Positions 28,135 through 38,508 of a DNA stretch of 64,000 nucleotides are shown in pieces; position 1 is the stretch's first letter, and every line of letters starts with the position of its first letter. The notes below the pieces were generated by a model, which saw only the letters and a program-made list of their open reading frames with translations, did no database searches and was not told the DNA's origin. The DNA is taken from positions 109,461 to 173,460 of the forward strand of contig JALHMI010000002.1 of the NCBI GenBank assembly GCA_022844125.1, written 5' to 3'. The stretch comes from Pirellulales bacterium (GTDB taxonomy: Bacteria > Planctomycetota > Planctomycetia > Pirellulales > PALSA-1355). Position numbers and translations under genes: made by a program.

Positions 28135-29682
28135 ATGCGTTGCCTCGCCATCGTTCTTGCGATCGTGGGCCTTTCGGCTTCTGCCCGGGCGTGGGCCGAT
28201 CCGTTTGCGAACCTCTCAAGCAGTCTGGAACACTATGACCGGCAATTGGCCAGGGAGAAACCAGCGCCGGCCGCGGCAACTTTTAGCGATACGGTGCAAC
28301 AGCAGCCACAAGTGCGTCAGGCGAGCGCCGAGTCACCAATGCTGCCGCAGCAATACCGACGTCCGTCGAACCTCAGTGCGGGCCCCGTGCGTCAAATGCG
28401 GACGCCGCCCCGGCAGGCGCAACGCCCCGTTCGACAAACACAGGCCCCTGTTCGCCAAACACAGGCCACGGTGCGGCAGGCTCAGGCTGCCGTCCGCGAG
28501 GAAGTTCGACCTGAACCAATGCCGCAGGGACAGTTTCTCGAGTCAGGCGGAGACTACTATCCCGGCGAAGTCTGGGAAGAGCCGATGATGGGTGACTGTT
28601 CGGATGGATCCTGCGGGATCGGCTGCGGCGGGTGCGGCGGCGGATTCTGGGGCCGCGCAGAGTATCTAATGTGGTGGGTCCGCGGCGCCTATGTGCCGCC
28701 GCTGGTGACCACCAGCCCGCAAGGCACTCAGCCGGGACAGGCCGGCGTGCTGCCCAATGCGACGATCCTGTTCGGCGATCAAGAAATTAACGACAGCGGA
28801 AGATCAGGCGGACGCTTTACCCTGGGATACTGGTTCGATCCCTGCGAGACGCTGGGGATCGAAAACACGTTCTTTGTCATCGGCGGTCAGAGCGACGGAT
28901 ACAACGCCAGTTCGTCCGGGGACCCGATCCTGGCTCGCCCGTTCTTCAATGTGGACACCGGTAACGAAGACTCGATTTTGTTCGCATTTCCGCAGGTGGT
29001 GGCGGGTGGCATTAATATCACCTCGAGCCGCCAACTCTATTCGAACGAACTCAATCTTCGTCGGTCGTTGTACTCCGACTGCTGCCGCCGAATCGATATC
29101 CTGGCCGGTTATCGCTACATGCGGCTCGGCGAATCGCTCGACATCTACAACAACAACACCTCGCTCGAGAGCGCGACGTTGGGAACCCAGTTCAGGATCG
29201 AGGATCACTTCAATACGAGCAACAACTTTAACGGCGGCCAGGTCGGTGTGAACATGCAACTCTATCGCGGCTGCTGGACGATCGACCTGCTCGGCAAGAT
29301 CGCCCTGGGTGGTGTGTCGCAGCAGGCTCGGATCAACGGCTCGACCGTAATCACTCCGCCGGACGACGACGTCCAGACATACGATGCCGGCATTCTGGCC
29401 TTGCCGTCGAACAGCGGTCAATACAACCAGACTGTGTTTGGGGCCATCCCCGAATTCGGCGTGAACCTCCGGTATCAGTGGACGCCGCTGTGGAAAGTCA
29501 GCGTCGGCTACACCGTCATGGCCCTCACGAATGTGCTGCGGCCGGGCGACCAGATCGATCTGAACCTCGATCCGGCTCAGTTTCCTCCCGCACAGGATAT
29601 AGGAACATCGCCAGTGTTCTCGTTCAACGAGTCGGACGTATGGTTGCAGGGAGTCAATCTGGGCATCGAGTGCAACTTCTAA
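28135..29682 (+). CDS. BBP7-type outer-membrane beta-barrel protein
   Basis: Signal peptide, Pro/Gln- then Cys/Gly-rich linker, WGRAEYLMWW, PPLVTTS, ILARPFFN, C-terminal LGIECNF. Confidence 0.85.
   Translation: MRCLAIVLAIVGLSASARAWADPFANLSSSLEHYDRQLAREKPAPAAATFSDTVQQQPQVRQASAESPMLPQQYRRPSNLSAGPVRQMRTPPRQAQRPVRQTQAPVRQTQATVRQAQAAVREEVRPEPMPQGQFLESGGDYYPGEVWEEPMMGDCSDGSCGIGCGGCGGGFWGRAEYLMWWVRGAYVPPLVTTSPQGTQPGQAGVLPNATILFGDQEINDSGRSGGRFTLGYWFDPCETLGIENTFFVIGGQSDGYNASSSGDPILARPFFNVDTGNEDSILFAFPQVVAGGINITSSRQLYSNELNLRRSLYSDCCRRIDILAGYRYMRLGESLDIYNNNTSLESATLGTQFRIEDHFNTSNNFNGGQVGVNMQLYRGCWTIDLLGKIALGGVSQQARINGSTVITPPDDDVQTYDAGILALPSNSGQYNQTVFGAIPEFGVNLRYQWTPLWKVSVGYTVMALTNVLRPGDQIDLNLDPAQFPPAQDIGTSPVFSFNESDVWLQGVNLGIECNF
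28420..28503 (+). repeat. 4 x 21-bp imperfect in-frame tandem repeat
   Basis: Encodes QRPVRQT QAPVRQT QATVRQA QAAVREE in the BBP7 N-terminal linker. Confidence 0.8.
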
Positions 29683-29711
29683 TTTCTCGCAACGATCGCT
29701 GCAGCAATAAG

Positions 29712-29751
29712 CGGGGGCTCCGCCGGCTGAATGCTGACGGAGCCCCGTTTT
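29712..29751. terminator. Intrinsic terminator between convergent genes
   Basis: Stem GGGGCTCCG...CGGAGCCCC followed by TTTT on the + strand. Confidence 0.75.
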
Positions 29752-29783
29752 CCTTTCCGATCTTATGCAATCTGCTGACCAAG

Positions 29784-32700
29784 CTATTCGAGATTGAGCA
29801 AGTCGTCCTCGTCCGAGGCAAGTGCCAGCAACTCGGACGCAAGGGCGTCCTTGTCGAGCTCGATCGTATCCGTCGCAGTGTTACCCGCGGCGTCTGTCGC
29901 CGTTACCAAAACAGTCAGCGTTCCATCGTCCAAGGCACTCAAATCCACGGTCGTGGCCCAGGTACCAGTACCCGCACTGATACTCTTTGTGACTGTGTTC
30001 ACGCCATCGGTGACGGAGATTTCCATGCTGGAACCCGGTTCACGCTGCCCAGCGAGCGCGAAGCTGACGGCATTCTCCGCGGTGACTGCGCTGCCATTCA
30101 CAGGATTGATGATGCTGACAGTAACGACCGTGTCCTTGACAGCGTTCAACGAGTATGGGGATTCATTACCGAGGCCATCAGTAACCTTGATCTCGTAGCG
30201 AATCGGACCATCCGGCAGTGAGCTGAGGTCGAGTCCTGTGAGCGACCAGCTTCCGTCCCCTGCAACCGCGGCAGAAATCGGGCCGACAATCACTTCGTCG
30301 TCGTCCCCACCTCCGACGACGATCACTTCGACGGTCGAGCCGATCTCGGCCGTGCCGTTGATCGCCCCGGACTCGTCGTTGTTACTGTTCACCGGATCAG
30401 TCGCGGCCAGGATCGCGCCTACTGCGACGGTGTCCTTAGTTGTCGAGTCCGTATCGACCACGGAATCCTCGCCATCGGTCGCCGTAGCCGTGAACGTGAT
30501 CTCGCCATCGGCCAGAGTGCTCAGGTCCATCGTCACGAGCCAGTTACCCGTCTCGTCGATGATGACGGCACTCGAGGTGACCTCATTGGCGCCATCACTG
30601 GCAACCACGACAACCGATGCACCGATTTGACCAGTCCCGTTCGCAATCACGCTGTCTGCATTTTCCTGAGTGATGGGCTGCGTCAGGCCAATCAGTTCGA
30701 CGGTCGACTTCGTGGATTCGATGGTTTCGGTGCTTGCGTTTCCAGCTGGGTCTTCGGCCGAAACTTGGAACGTGATCTCGCCATCCTCAATACCACTGAC
30801 GTCGATGCCGGTGATCGTCCAGTTGCCTTCGGAGTCGACAATCGTCGTCCGCGGGGCTGTTGAGCTCGCCCCGTCAGTCACAACAACCGTGATCGTGGAA
30901 CCCGCTTCGCCGGTGCCGCTGATGCTGGCAGCCGCGACATTGAAGATCTCGATGGGATCAGTGACATCGGCAATTGCGAGGCTCGGAGCCACCGTGTCCT
31001 TCACGGCCGACACGGTGTACTCGGTCACATTACCCAAGGTGTCGGTCACTTCGACCGTGAAAGTGATCTCGCCGTCGGCCAGAGTGCTCAGGTCGATACC
31101 AGTCAGGGACCAGGCGCCGTCGTCACCAATCATGACGCTGACGGGATCGGTCGTGACTTCGCCGTCAGTAACCGTCACCTCGACGCTGGAGTCGGCCTGG
31201 GTCGTACCATTGATTGACGCGGCGGTGACGTTATCCGCATTGATCGGATCCGTGGCGCCCAAAATGGCTCCATCGGCCACGGTGTCTTTCACGCCGGTGA
31301 TCGTGGTCTCGACTTCATCCTCGCCCACGCTGGCGGTGATTTCGAACGTAATCGTTCCATCGTCCAGGTCGCTGGCGTCGATCACGGCGGTCCAATTGCC
31401 ATCTTCGTCGACCTCGACCTCCACAGCCGCGGTCGACTCCGCTCCGTTACGAGCAATGATCGAGACAGTCGCGGCCGGATCACCCATCCCGCTGACGGTG
31501 ACGGTTTCCTGGTTGACCTGCGAGATCGTATCTTCCAGATTGCTGGCCGCCAGGGTTCGCTTCACGACCGTGACACTGTCGTCTTCGGTCTCATTGCCGG
31601 CGGCGTCGATCGCGGCGACTGTGAACGTCAGCGTGCCATCCGCCAGCTCGCTGACATCAATACCGCTCACCGTCCACTCGCCGGAAGCATTGGCCGTAGC
31701 GCTGTATTCGATCGTCGAATCGTCACCATTGCTGACGAATACCTTGATCGATGCGTTCGCCTCGCTGGTGCCAGTTACGGAGACGCTGTCCTGGCCGGCG
31801 ATGCCGATCGGACCGGCGACGTCATTCACTTCCAACGCCGGGGCTACCGTGTCTTTTACGGCGTGGAATTCATACTCCGTTACGTTGCCCAGGGCGTCCG
31901 TGATTTTGACGATGTACGTGATGTCACCGTCGCCCAGGCTGGTCAGGTTGATATTGGCCAGCGACCAGATGCCAGCCGCAAACGCGGCTTCCGTCTCCGT
32001 CGTGGTGAGGTCGCCGTCAGTGACGCGAACCGTCACGGTCGAGCCGTCCTCGGCTTCGCCGGTGATCGAGGCCGCGGTTTGATTGCCTGAACCTACTGGA
32101 TTTGTCGCGTCGAGGATCTCGCCGGTGGCGACGGTATCTTTGTCCGCAGTGACAGTTATTTCCACTTCGTCATCGCCGTCAACCGCGGTCACGGTGAAGG
32201 TCAGCTCGCCGTCTGCCAGGTCCGAAACATCGATTTCGTTGATCGACCAGGTGCCGTTCTCGGCGATTTCAGTGGTGTAGGTGATGGTCTCGTCCTCGCC
32301 GATCGAAACCACAATCTCGACCGTCGCGCCAGCCTGGCCGGTGCCGCTGATCGTCACGTTCGTTGCATTGGCTTGCGTGATCGGATCGGTGACGTCAGCG
32401 ACATTGAGCGTCGTCATCACCGATTCAATCGTGTCTTCAGATAAGTTGCCCACGGCGTCGGTCGCTTTGGCCGTGAATGTCAAAGTCCCGTCTTCGAGAG
32501 TCGATACGTTGATGCCCGTGATCGTCCAGTTGCCTTCGCTGTCGACCGTGGCGGCCTGAGTGACCGTGATCTCGTTCGTGCCATCGCTGACGACGACCGA
32601 AATCGTGGCTCCGACTTCGCCGGTACCGCTGATCGAGACCGCGTCGGCATTGCCGATGTTGATCGGGTTAGTTACGGACTCAATTTCGAGAGCGGGCGCG

Positions 32701-35700
32701 ACGGTGTCCTTGACGGCGTCAATCTCGGCCACGTCGGTGTTGCCGGCCTCGTCGGTCGCGGTTGCCGTGTAAGTGACTTCGCCATCGTCGAGGCTCGAAA
32801 GGTCGATGCCAGTTACGGTCCAAGCTCCATTGGAGCCGACGATGACTGCGGCCGTCGTCACTTCATTCTCGCCATCGCTGATCACCACCACGACCGAGGC
32901 GCCTACCTCGCCCGTGCCACTGATGCTGGCGGCCGTCTCATTCGCTGCGTTGACCGGGTCAGTCGCATCCGTGATTGCCACTTCGATCACGGTATTCTTC
33001 ATTGACGAACGAGCAACCTGAGTCGTGTTGCTGGCGGCATCGGTCGCCGTAATCGTGAAACTGACCGTACCGTCGGGTAGGCTTGTGAGGTTGATGGCGT
33101 CAATCGTCCAGTTGCCGTTGTCGCCGACCGTTACCGTCCGATTAGGAATCGTCGAGCCATTAATGCCCGCAAACGCGACGGTAACCGTGGAACCCGCGGA
33201 GGCGGTGCCGCTAATGCTGAAAGCGCTCTGGGTGCTGGCGTTGATAAACTCCGGGATCGTATTGACTGACAGCGATGGAGCTTCGGCATCCTTGGTCGTG
33301 GTGATCGTGTCGGACGCGGAGTTGCCGCTGGCATCCGTGACTGTCGCTGTGTAGGTCAATGTGCCGTTAGCGAGTGACGTAACGTTGATACCAGACACCG
33401 TCCATTGGCCGTTGCTACCGACAACGGCCGTCTTGGCAGCCGTCGAGTTGGTGCCGTCGCTGGCGACCACGCTCACGGTCGCGCCGACGGTGCCGGTTCC
33501 GCTGACCGACGTCGCATCATCATTGCTGCTATTCACCGGGTTGGTCACCGTGTTTGCGTCAACAGTCGGCGCTACCGTGTCTTTGGTCGACGTGATCGTC
33601 TCGGTATCAGTGGTACCGTTCTCCGCGGCCGTTACCGTATACGAAATCGTCCCATCGGGCAGCGTGCCTACGTTGATCCCGCTGATTGACCAGGTGCCGT
33701 TCGCGGCGACCGTTGCTGTCGAAGGCGCGGTGCTGGAACCGCCCGACGAGGCTACCACCGAGATGCTCGCTCCGACGGTACCCGTGCCGCTGATCGTGGT
33801 ACTGGTCGCGTTCGAGGCGTTGATCGGATTCGTGACCGTCGAGATCGAAACGCTGACCTGGCCGACCGACTCGCTGTCGCTGTCCAGGTAAGAGGCCATG
33901 AAGTTCCGCATCGAGAGGAACGCGGCCTTCAGCCCCTTGGTGGTGAAGTGATAGTCGTTGGCGGTCACCCCGCCCGGATTTTGGATCGTGAAGGTGAAGC
34001 CGCCATCGACCAGCGATCCGCCGTCGTTGCCGAGCAGGGCCGTGGCGGTCTTGTACTGGTTCGGCATCACGACCTTGACGGTATACGTGCCCGGCTGCAG
34101 GTTGCCGAAACTGTACGATCCGTCGACGTTCGTCGTGGTTGACATCGTGGCGGCGCCCGTCAGGTTAACCGTCACGCCGGCGAGCGACTTCTCGACGCCG
34201 CTTTGCGTGCCGTCGCTGTTAGCGTCGACGAACACCTTGCCGGTAATGGTCGAAGGGACAACGTTGACATTGTCGCCCGCTTCATCGAGGATCGTGCCGA
34301 TGCCGGCCGCATCGCCGATCGAGGCATTCGTCGGATTGCTCAGCAGCACGCGGAAGGTCTCATCCTCTTCGTTGAACAAATCGCCGACGACGTTAACCGT
34401 AATCGTCTTGACCGTTTCGCCGGCGGCGAACGTCAGCGTGCCGCTGGTTGCGGTGTAGTCACCGTTGGACGCCGCGGTGCCGTCTTGTGTGGCGTACTGC
34501 ACCGTGATGGTTGACGTGGACGAGTTCGTCAACGTCACCGTGAATACAATCGGCTTGGTGCCCGAATCGCCTTCGCTCACCGAGGCATCCGAGATGGTGA
34601 TCACCGGCGCCGAGTCGTCATTGACAATCACCGCGGTTGCCGTGTTGCCGCCGGTCTTCAGCGTGGCGCCAGTTGGATTGGTGAGATCGAGCCGGAAAGT
34701 CTCGTTGCTGTCTTCGACGACCGTATCGCCTGTGACCAGCACGGTGACAAGCAACTGCGTCTGGCCCGGGGCAAACGTGAGCGTGCCGCTGGTCGCGGTG
34801 TAATCGCTACCAGCCTGGGCTATGCCGTTCGCCGTGTTGTACCGCACAGTGATCGCCGAATCGCTGGCGCCCGAAAGCCGTACAGTGAACAAAAACGGCG
34901 TGGAACCGGAGTTGCCTTCGTTCTGCGGTGACGGAGCAATCACCTCGACCGTCGGCACGTCGTCGTCATTGGCGATTGTGGCCGTGAAAGGACTCGTCGG
35001 CAGTTCCGCGTTGACAGCGTTCGTGAGATTGATCGTGAAGGTCTCATTGGACTCGACGGTCGAATCGCCGATCAACGCGACCGTGATCAGCTTCGAAGTC
35101 TCGCCAGGGGCGAACGTCAACGTGCTGCTGGCAGAGGTGTAGTCCGTTCCCGCGATGGCCGTGCCGTTGGCCGTGTTGTAGACGACCGTCACTTGCTGGT
35201 CGCTGGCCGAAGCGAGCGAGACGGTGACGACATACGGACCACCGTTTTCGTTGACCGACGCCGGACCGGTGACCGTGATCGCCGGGCCATCGTCGTCCTG
35301 GATCGTGCCGACTGCCGTTCCCGCCGCGATCGAAGCGTTCTGCGGAGCGCTGAGCACCAGCGAGAAAGTCTCGTCGGCTTCGTCGAGGTTGTCGCCCAAG
35401 AGCTGGACGGTAACCAGCATTTGCGTCACGCCAGGCGCGAACGTGAGCGTGCCGCTGGTGGCGGTGTAGTCGCTGCCGGCCGTGGCGGTGCCGTTCGCCG
35501 TGTTATAGACCACGACGACGTTCTCACTGGCTGCCTCTTCGAGCTTCACCGTGAAGACCATATTCGAATTCGAATCGCCTTCGGTCTGCGAAACCGAAGT
35601 CGGATCGAGCGCCAGAACGTTGCCGTCATCGTTGAGCAGGGTGCCCGTGGCGACGCCGCCGCCGTTAATTACAGCTCCGTCCGGGCTGGAAAGCGTGACC

Positions 35701-37073
35701 TGGAAGGTTTCGTTCTCTTCTTCCGTGGTGTCGCCGTTAATCGTGATGGTGATCGTCTGAACGGTCTGGCCAGCGCTGAAAAGGATCGATCCGCTCTTCG
35801 CGGTATAGTCGCTGCCTGCCGTGGCATTGCCGCCGCCCGTGGCGTAGAGGACGGAAACCTCGCCCGCTGCAGGAGCGCTCAGCGAGACGGTGAAGACCAT
35901 CGTGCCGGCGGCATCGCCTTCGTCTTGCGAGACATTGCCGATACTAATCACCGGCAGATCGTCGTTCAGAATCGTGCCCGTACCGGTGGCGGTGGCAATC
36001 GTAGCGCCGACCGGATCGCTGAGCAGGACGCTGAAAGTCTCGTTGGCTTCCGAAGTGGTGTCGCCCACCACGCTAACCGTGATGACCTTGACCGTGGTCC
36101 CCTGCTCGAACGTGATCGTGCCCGACTGTGGCACGAAGTCCTGACCGGGATTCGCAGCCAGCGCCGTGCCGGGCTGCGTGGCATACTGAACCGTGACGGC
36201 GCCCGTCGCCGGCTCGGAGAGCGTGACCGTGAACAGGAAGTTCGAATTGCCGGCGTTGCCTTCATTCTGCGAGACGTTGCCAATCGAGAGCGTGGGCTGG
36301 GCTTCAACTGTTAATGATCCGGAACCCAGAGTGAGATTATCAGCAGTCAGCACTTCGTCGGAGCCATACTGTTGCCACACGTTATCCAGATCGGCGTAGA
36401 AGCCGGTTGTGAAATTGGTCGCTCCGGACGTCAGGGCAGTAAAGGTCGCGGTGTAGAGGAGTTGCGGGGCAGTTCCTGGCGCACTTCCTGAAGTACTGGC
36501 GCCACCCGCGACGACATTGTTCGCAGCGGGTGTCACCAAGGGCACCAAGTCATCGAAGAAGTCGCCCACATCAACTGGGTTGCTGGCGATTAGCTGCACG
36601 TCACTGGTTTCAAAGTTCAGCCGTGCAAATGCGGAGTAGAACCCGAAGATTCCACCCGTCGTTCGCAGGTCATCGACGTAAACCTCGACTCTAAAGTTCT
36701 GTCCCGCCGTGATCTCGGTGATTTCGTTTCCGCTGAGATCGGTGAAGCGCAGATTGACCTGGCCCAAGATGCCTTCGACCAGTGGATCGGCGACGGGGTC
36801 GTTGTTGTCGTCCGCGGCGAGCGGCTCGGCCGTCGGAGCGCCGCCTTGATCGAGGCTCGACGCTATGAGCTGCGTAATGCTTAACTGTTCAACCGGCGAA
36901 GCGTGAATGTCATTGGCCACCAAGGCACTGTCCCCCAGGCCGTCGCCCGAGAGCATGCTGCGAAGTTCGAGGCCCTCGAACATCGAGTAGCGTCGGAAGA
37001 GCACGCTGGTGCTGCGAACATTCGTGCGGCGGCGACGGCGAAAGCGGAAGATGCGAAACCAGTAGCTTTTCAT
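29784..37073 (-). CDS. Giant surface protein/adhesin (2429 aa): LEPR-XLL-type N-terminus, cohesin-like domain, 6 Calx-beta, SdrD-B-like domain, 14 Ig-like repeats
   Basis: Arg-rich N-terminus + FEGLELRSMLSG; Calx-beta repeats (TANGTA..GSDY..SGTLTF..GD...E..ETF); ITGKVFVDANSDG; ~97-aa repeats ending KDTVAP. Confidence 0.92.
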   Translation of the reverse strand: MKSYWFRIFRFRRRRRTNVRSTSVLFRRYSMFEGLELRSMLSGDGLGDSALVANDIHASPVEQLSITQLIASSLDQGGAPTAEPLAADDNNDPVADPLVEGILGQVNLRFTDLSGNEITEITAGQNFRVEVYVDDLRTTGGIFGFYSAFARLNFETSDVQLIASNPVDVGDFFDDLVPLVTPAANNVVAGGASTSGSAPGTAPQLLYTATFTALTSGATNFTTGFYADLDNVWQQYGSDEVLTADNLTLGSGSLTVEAQPTLSIGNVSQNEGNAGNSNFLFTVTLSEPATGAVTVQYATQPGTALAANPGQDFVPQSGTITFEQGTTVKVITVSVVGDTTSEANETFSVLLSDPVGATIATATGTGTILNDDLPVISIGNVSQDEGDAAGTMVFTVSLSAPAAGEVSVLYATGGGNATAGSDYTAKSGSILFSAGQTVQTITITINGDTTEEENETFQVTLSSPDGAVINGGGVATGTLLNDDGNVLALDPTSVSQTEGDSNSNMVFTVKLEEAASENVVVVYNTANGTATAGSDYTATSGTLTFAPGVTQMLVTVQLLGDNLDEADETFSLVLSAPQNASIAAGTAVGTIQDDDGPAITVTGPASVNENGGPYVVTVSLASASDQQVTVVYNTANGTAIAGTDYTSASSTLTFAPGETSKLITVALIGDSTVESNETFTINLTNAVNAELPTSPFTATIANDDDVPTVEVIAPSPQNEGNSGSTPFLFTVRLSGASDSAITVRYNTANGIAQAGSDYTATSGTLTFAPGQTQLLVTVLVTGDTVVEDSNETFRLDLTNPTGATLKTGGNTATAVIVNDDSAPVITISDASVSEGDSGTKPIVFTVTLTNSSTSTITVQYATQDGTAASNGDYTATSGTLTFAAGETVKTITVNVVGDLFNEEDETFRVLLSNPTNASIGDAAGIGTILDEAGDNVNVVPSTITGKVFVDANSDGTQSGVEKSLAGVTVNLTGAATMSTTTNVDGSYSFGNLQPGTYTVKVVMPNQYKTATALLGNDGGSLVDGGFTFTIQNPGGVTANDYHFTTKGLKAAFLSMRNFMASYLDSDSESVGQVSVSISTVTNPINASNATSTTISGTGTVGASISVVASSGGSSTAPSTATVAANGTWSISGINVGTLPDGTISYTVTAAENGTTDTETITSTKDTVAPTVDANTVTNPVNSSNDDATSVSGTGTVGATVSVVASDGTNSTAAKTAVVGSNGQWTVSGINVTSLANGTLTYTATVTDASGNSASDTITTTKDAEAPSLSVNTIPEFINASTQSAFSISGTASAGSTVTVAFAGINGSTIPNRTVTVGDNGNWTIDAINLTSLPDGTVSFTITATDAASNTTQVARSSMKNTVIEVAITDATDPVNAANETAASISGTGEVGASVVVVISDGENEVTTAAVIVGSNGAWTVTGIDLSSLDDGEVTYTATATDEAGNTDVAEIDAVKDTVAPALEIESVTNPINIGNADAVSISGTGEVGATISVVVSDGTNEITVTQAATVDSEGNWTITGINVSTLEDGTLTFTAKATDAVGNLSEDTIESVMTTLNVADVTDPITQANATNVTISGTGQAGATVEIVVSIGEDETITYTTEIAENGTWSINEIDVSDLADGELTFTVTAVDGDDEVEITVTADKDTVATGEILDATNPVGSGNQTAASITGEAEDGSTVTVRVTDGDLTTTETEAAFAAGIWSLANINLTSLGDGDITYIVKITDALGNVTEYEFHAVKDTVAPALEVNDVAGPIGIAGQDSVSVTGTSEANASIKVFVSNGDDSTIEYSATANASGEWTVSGIDVSELADGTLTFTVAAIDAAGNETEDDSVTVVKRTLAASNLEDTISQVNQETVTVSGMGDPAATVSIIARNGAESTAAVEVEVDEDGNWTAVIDASDLDDGTITFEITASVGEDEVETTITGVKDTVADGAILGATDPINADNVTAASINGTTQADSSVEVTVTDGEVTTDPVSVMIGDDGAWSLTGIDLSTLADGEITFTVEVTDTLGNVTEYTVSAVKDTVAPSLAIADVTDPIEIFNVAAASISGTGEAGSTITVVVTDGASSTAPRTTIVDSEGNWTITGIDVSGIEDGEITFQVSAEDPAGNASTETIESTKSTVELIGLTQPITQENADSVIANGTGQIGASVVVVASDGANEVTSSAVIIDETGNWLVTMDLSTLADGEITFTATATDGEDSVVDTDSTTKDTVAVGAILAATDPVNSNNDESGAINGTAEIGSTVEVIVVGGGDDDEVIVGPISAAVAGDGSWSLTGLDLSSLPDGPIRYEIKVTDGLGNESPYSLNAVKDTVVTVSIINPVNGSAVTAENAVSFALAGQREPGSSMEISVTDGVNTVTKSISAGTGTWATTVDLSALDDGTLTVLVTATDAAGNTATDTIELDKDALASELLALASDEDDLLNLE
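29845..33860 (-). repeat. Fourteen tandem Ig-like (Big) repeats
   Basis: Recurrent T(N/D)PI/VN..N....SISGTG..G..V.V..SDG...G.W...GID.S.L.DG. Confidence 0.85.
34281..36296 (-). repeat. Six tandem Calx-beta domains
   Basis: Six units ending TILNDD, TLLNDD, TIQDDD, TIANDD, VIVNDD, TILDE. Confidence 0.9.
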
Positions 37074-37725
37074 AATTCTCAGTTGCCGGAGTAGTGCCTG
37101 ATGAGCCTGAAATCGTTACCGCGTGCCCCGAGTATTCCCGCCGGCCGTCTTTGGGGCTGACCTGGCCAGTTGGCTGCCAGCCCCCTTATACGGACCCTTA
37201 CGGCCGTGGGTGCGCTTCGTGCGAGGAAACCCTGTTGGTGCCCGACGCGGGGCGTGCTTCCCAGAGAGAGCAAAAAGTCCGAAGTTCCTCGGGGCAATGT
37301 TCCCCCGCCTGCTTGACTGCTCACTCGGGAATGCTGTTCCAAAGGTTTGCCGGTGCGACGCGTGCCCTGAGTCGCACGAGCGGTTGAAGTTGCCTCTAAC
37401 TCATTTAGGTGGATTCAAGTGCTGTCGCGCCACGCGAAAACGATTGAAGCCGCTTGCGAAAACTCGAACGAGAGGGGAGTTGTTCCGGAAAAGCTGGAGA
37501 CTTCAGATTACTTAAAGTGGGAGGGCATTTCAACGCGCGCAAAGTATTTCTGGGCGGTTCTTTCTGGCGATTTTGCCGGCTCTGTCGACTGGCGGAATAA
37601 AGCGGCCCAGCCGGCACGAATCGAGAGAGGCGCGCAGCGAAGCACCGCCCTTTTCTCAGAGGGGACCGGCTTTTCGCAGGGGGGGGTGGGCTTGCCCCCG
37701 GTGGGAAGAATTGAAGCGGGCCGTC

Positions 37726-38067
37726 CTACTTCCGCATGCCCGGCACAACCCGCTTTTGGACATCGGTTTCCAGCACCCCAAAGGCCGATTCGTGCCGCTG
37801 GAGCGACATCTGGAGGGCGGCCATCATCCGTTTGGCCGTGAAATAGTTCATCACGATTCGCTCGGTGATCTCGATCGGGTCGGTCGGCACTCCCATCGGC
37901 TGGGTGTTCAACCCGAAGTCGATGATCAGCTCCTCAGGGGTGCCGGTCACGCGGCAAAAGTTCGCGTAGGCTGCATGGGTCTTGCTGGTGTCGACCTGGA
38001 CCTGCTGGCGCTGGCCTTCGGCGGGGGCAGCAGTCTTGGGGGCTTCAATTTCGATGTCTTTAGCCAC
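37726..38067 (-). CDS. DUF3467-family protein
   Basis: YANFCRVTGTPEELIIDFGLN...AKRM; GTG start at 38067 inferred. Confidence 0.85.
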   Translation of the reverse strand: MAKDIEIEAPKTAAPAEGQRQQVQVDTSKTHAAYANFCRVTGTPEELIIDFGLNTQPMGVPTDPIEITERIVMNYFTAKRMMAALQMSLQRHESAFGVLETDVQKRVVPGMRK

Positions 38068-38508
38068 GGCGGGGGCTCCAGTTGGTTGGTTACTTGGTGC
38101 TCTCTTAACGGCAGTTTGGCGCCGCATGCGGCGCTAGCGAGTCACGCTGTCAGGGGGTCTTCAACGGGTCAATCTACTGCATTTTCAGGTGCGTTCCAAT
38201 CGCTTTTGACTAAAGTTCAATCCCCATTCTACCGCCGGCGGGTCGAACTCGCGCTTTCGCTCTAAGGATGGGAAAGCTGCGTAGGTCCCGCGAAGGTTGC
38301 TGCTTGCGGTGCGGCTGCCAATTATTCCGAATTCTCTGGAATTATCGGCGCAATCGGTCGAATCGATACACATAGCCGGAGTGCTACGTCTTAGCAGCCG
38401 CTCTCTTGCAGCGCAGTTGCGTTGCCAGGAGCGCGGCAGGACTTCGCAAGCGATGCGAACCGCGTGAGACGCGCCGGGACGATTCGGTGCAGACAAAGGG
38501 GGAAGACC

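Noticed and set aside
29794-36399. Series of long plus-strand ORFs, e.g. 30670-32082 and 35193-36314
   Set aside because: Antisense shadows of the repetitive, codon-biased adhesin gene; no motifs of their own.
37330-37360. GGCAAACC on the minus strand suggesting a c-di-GMP-I riboswitch before the adhesin
   Set aside because: The following GAAA tetraloop stem and GACGCAAAG segment are absent.
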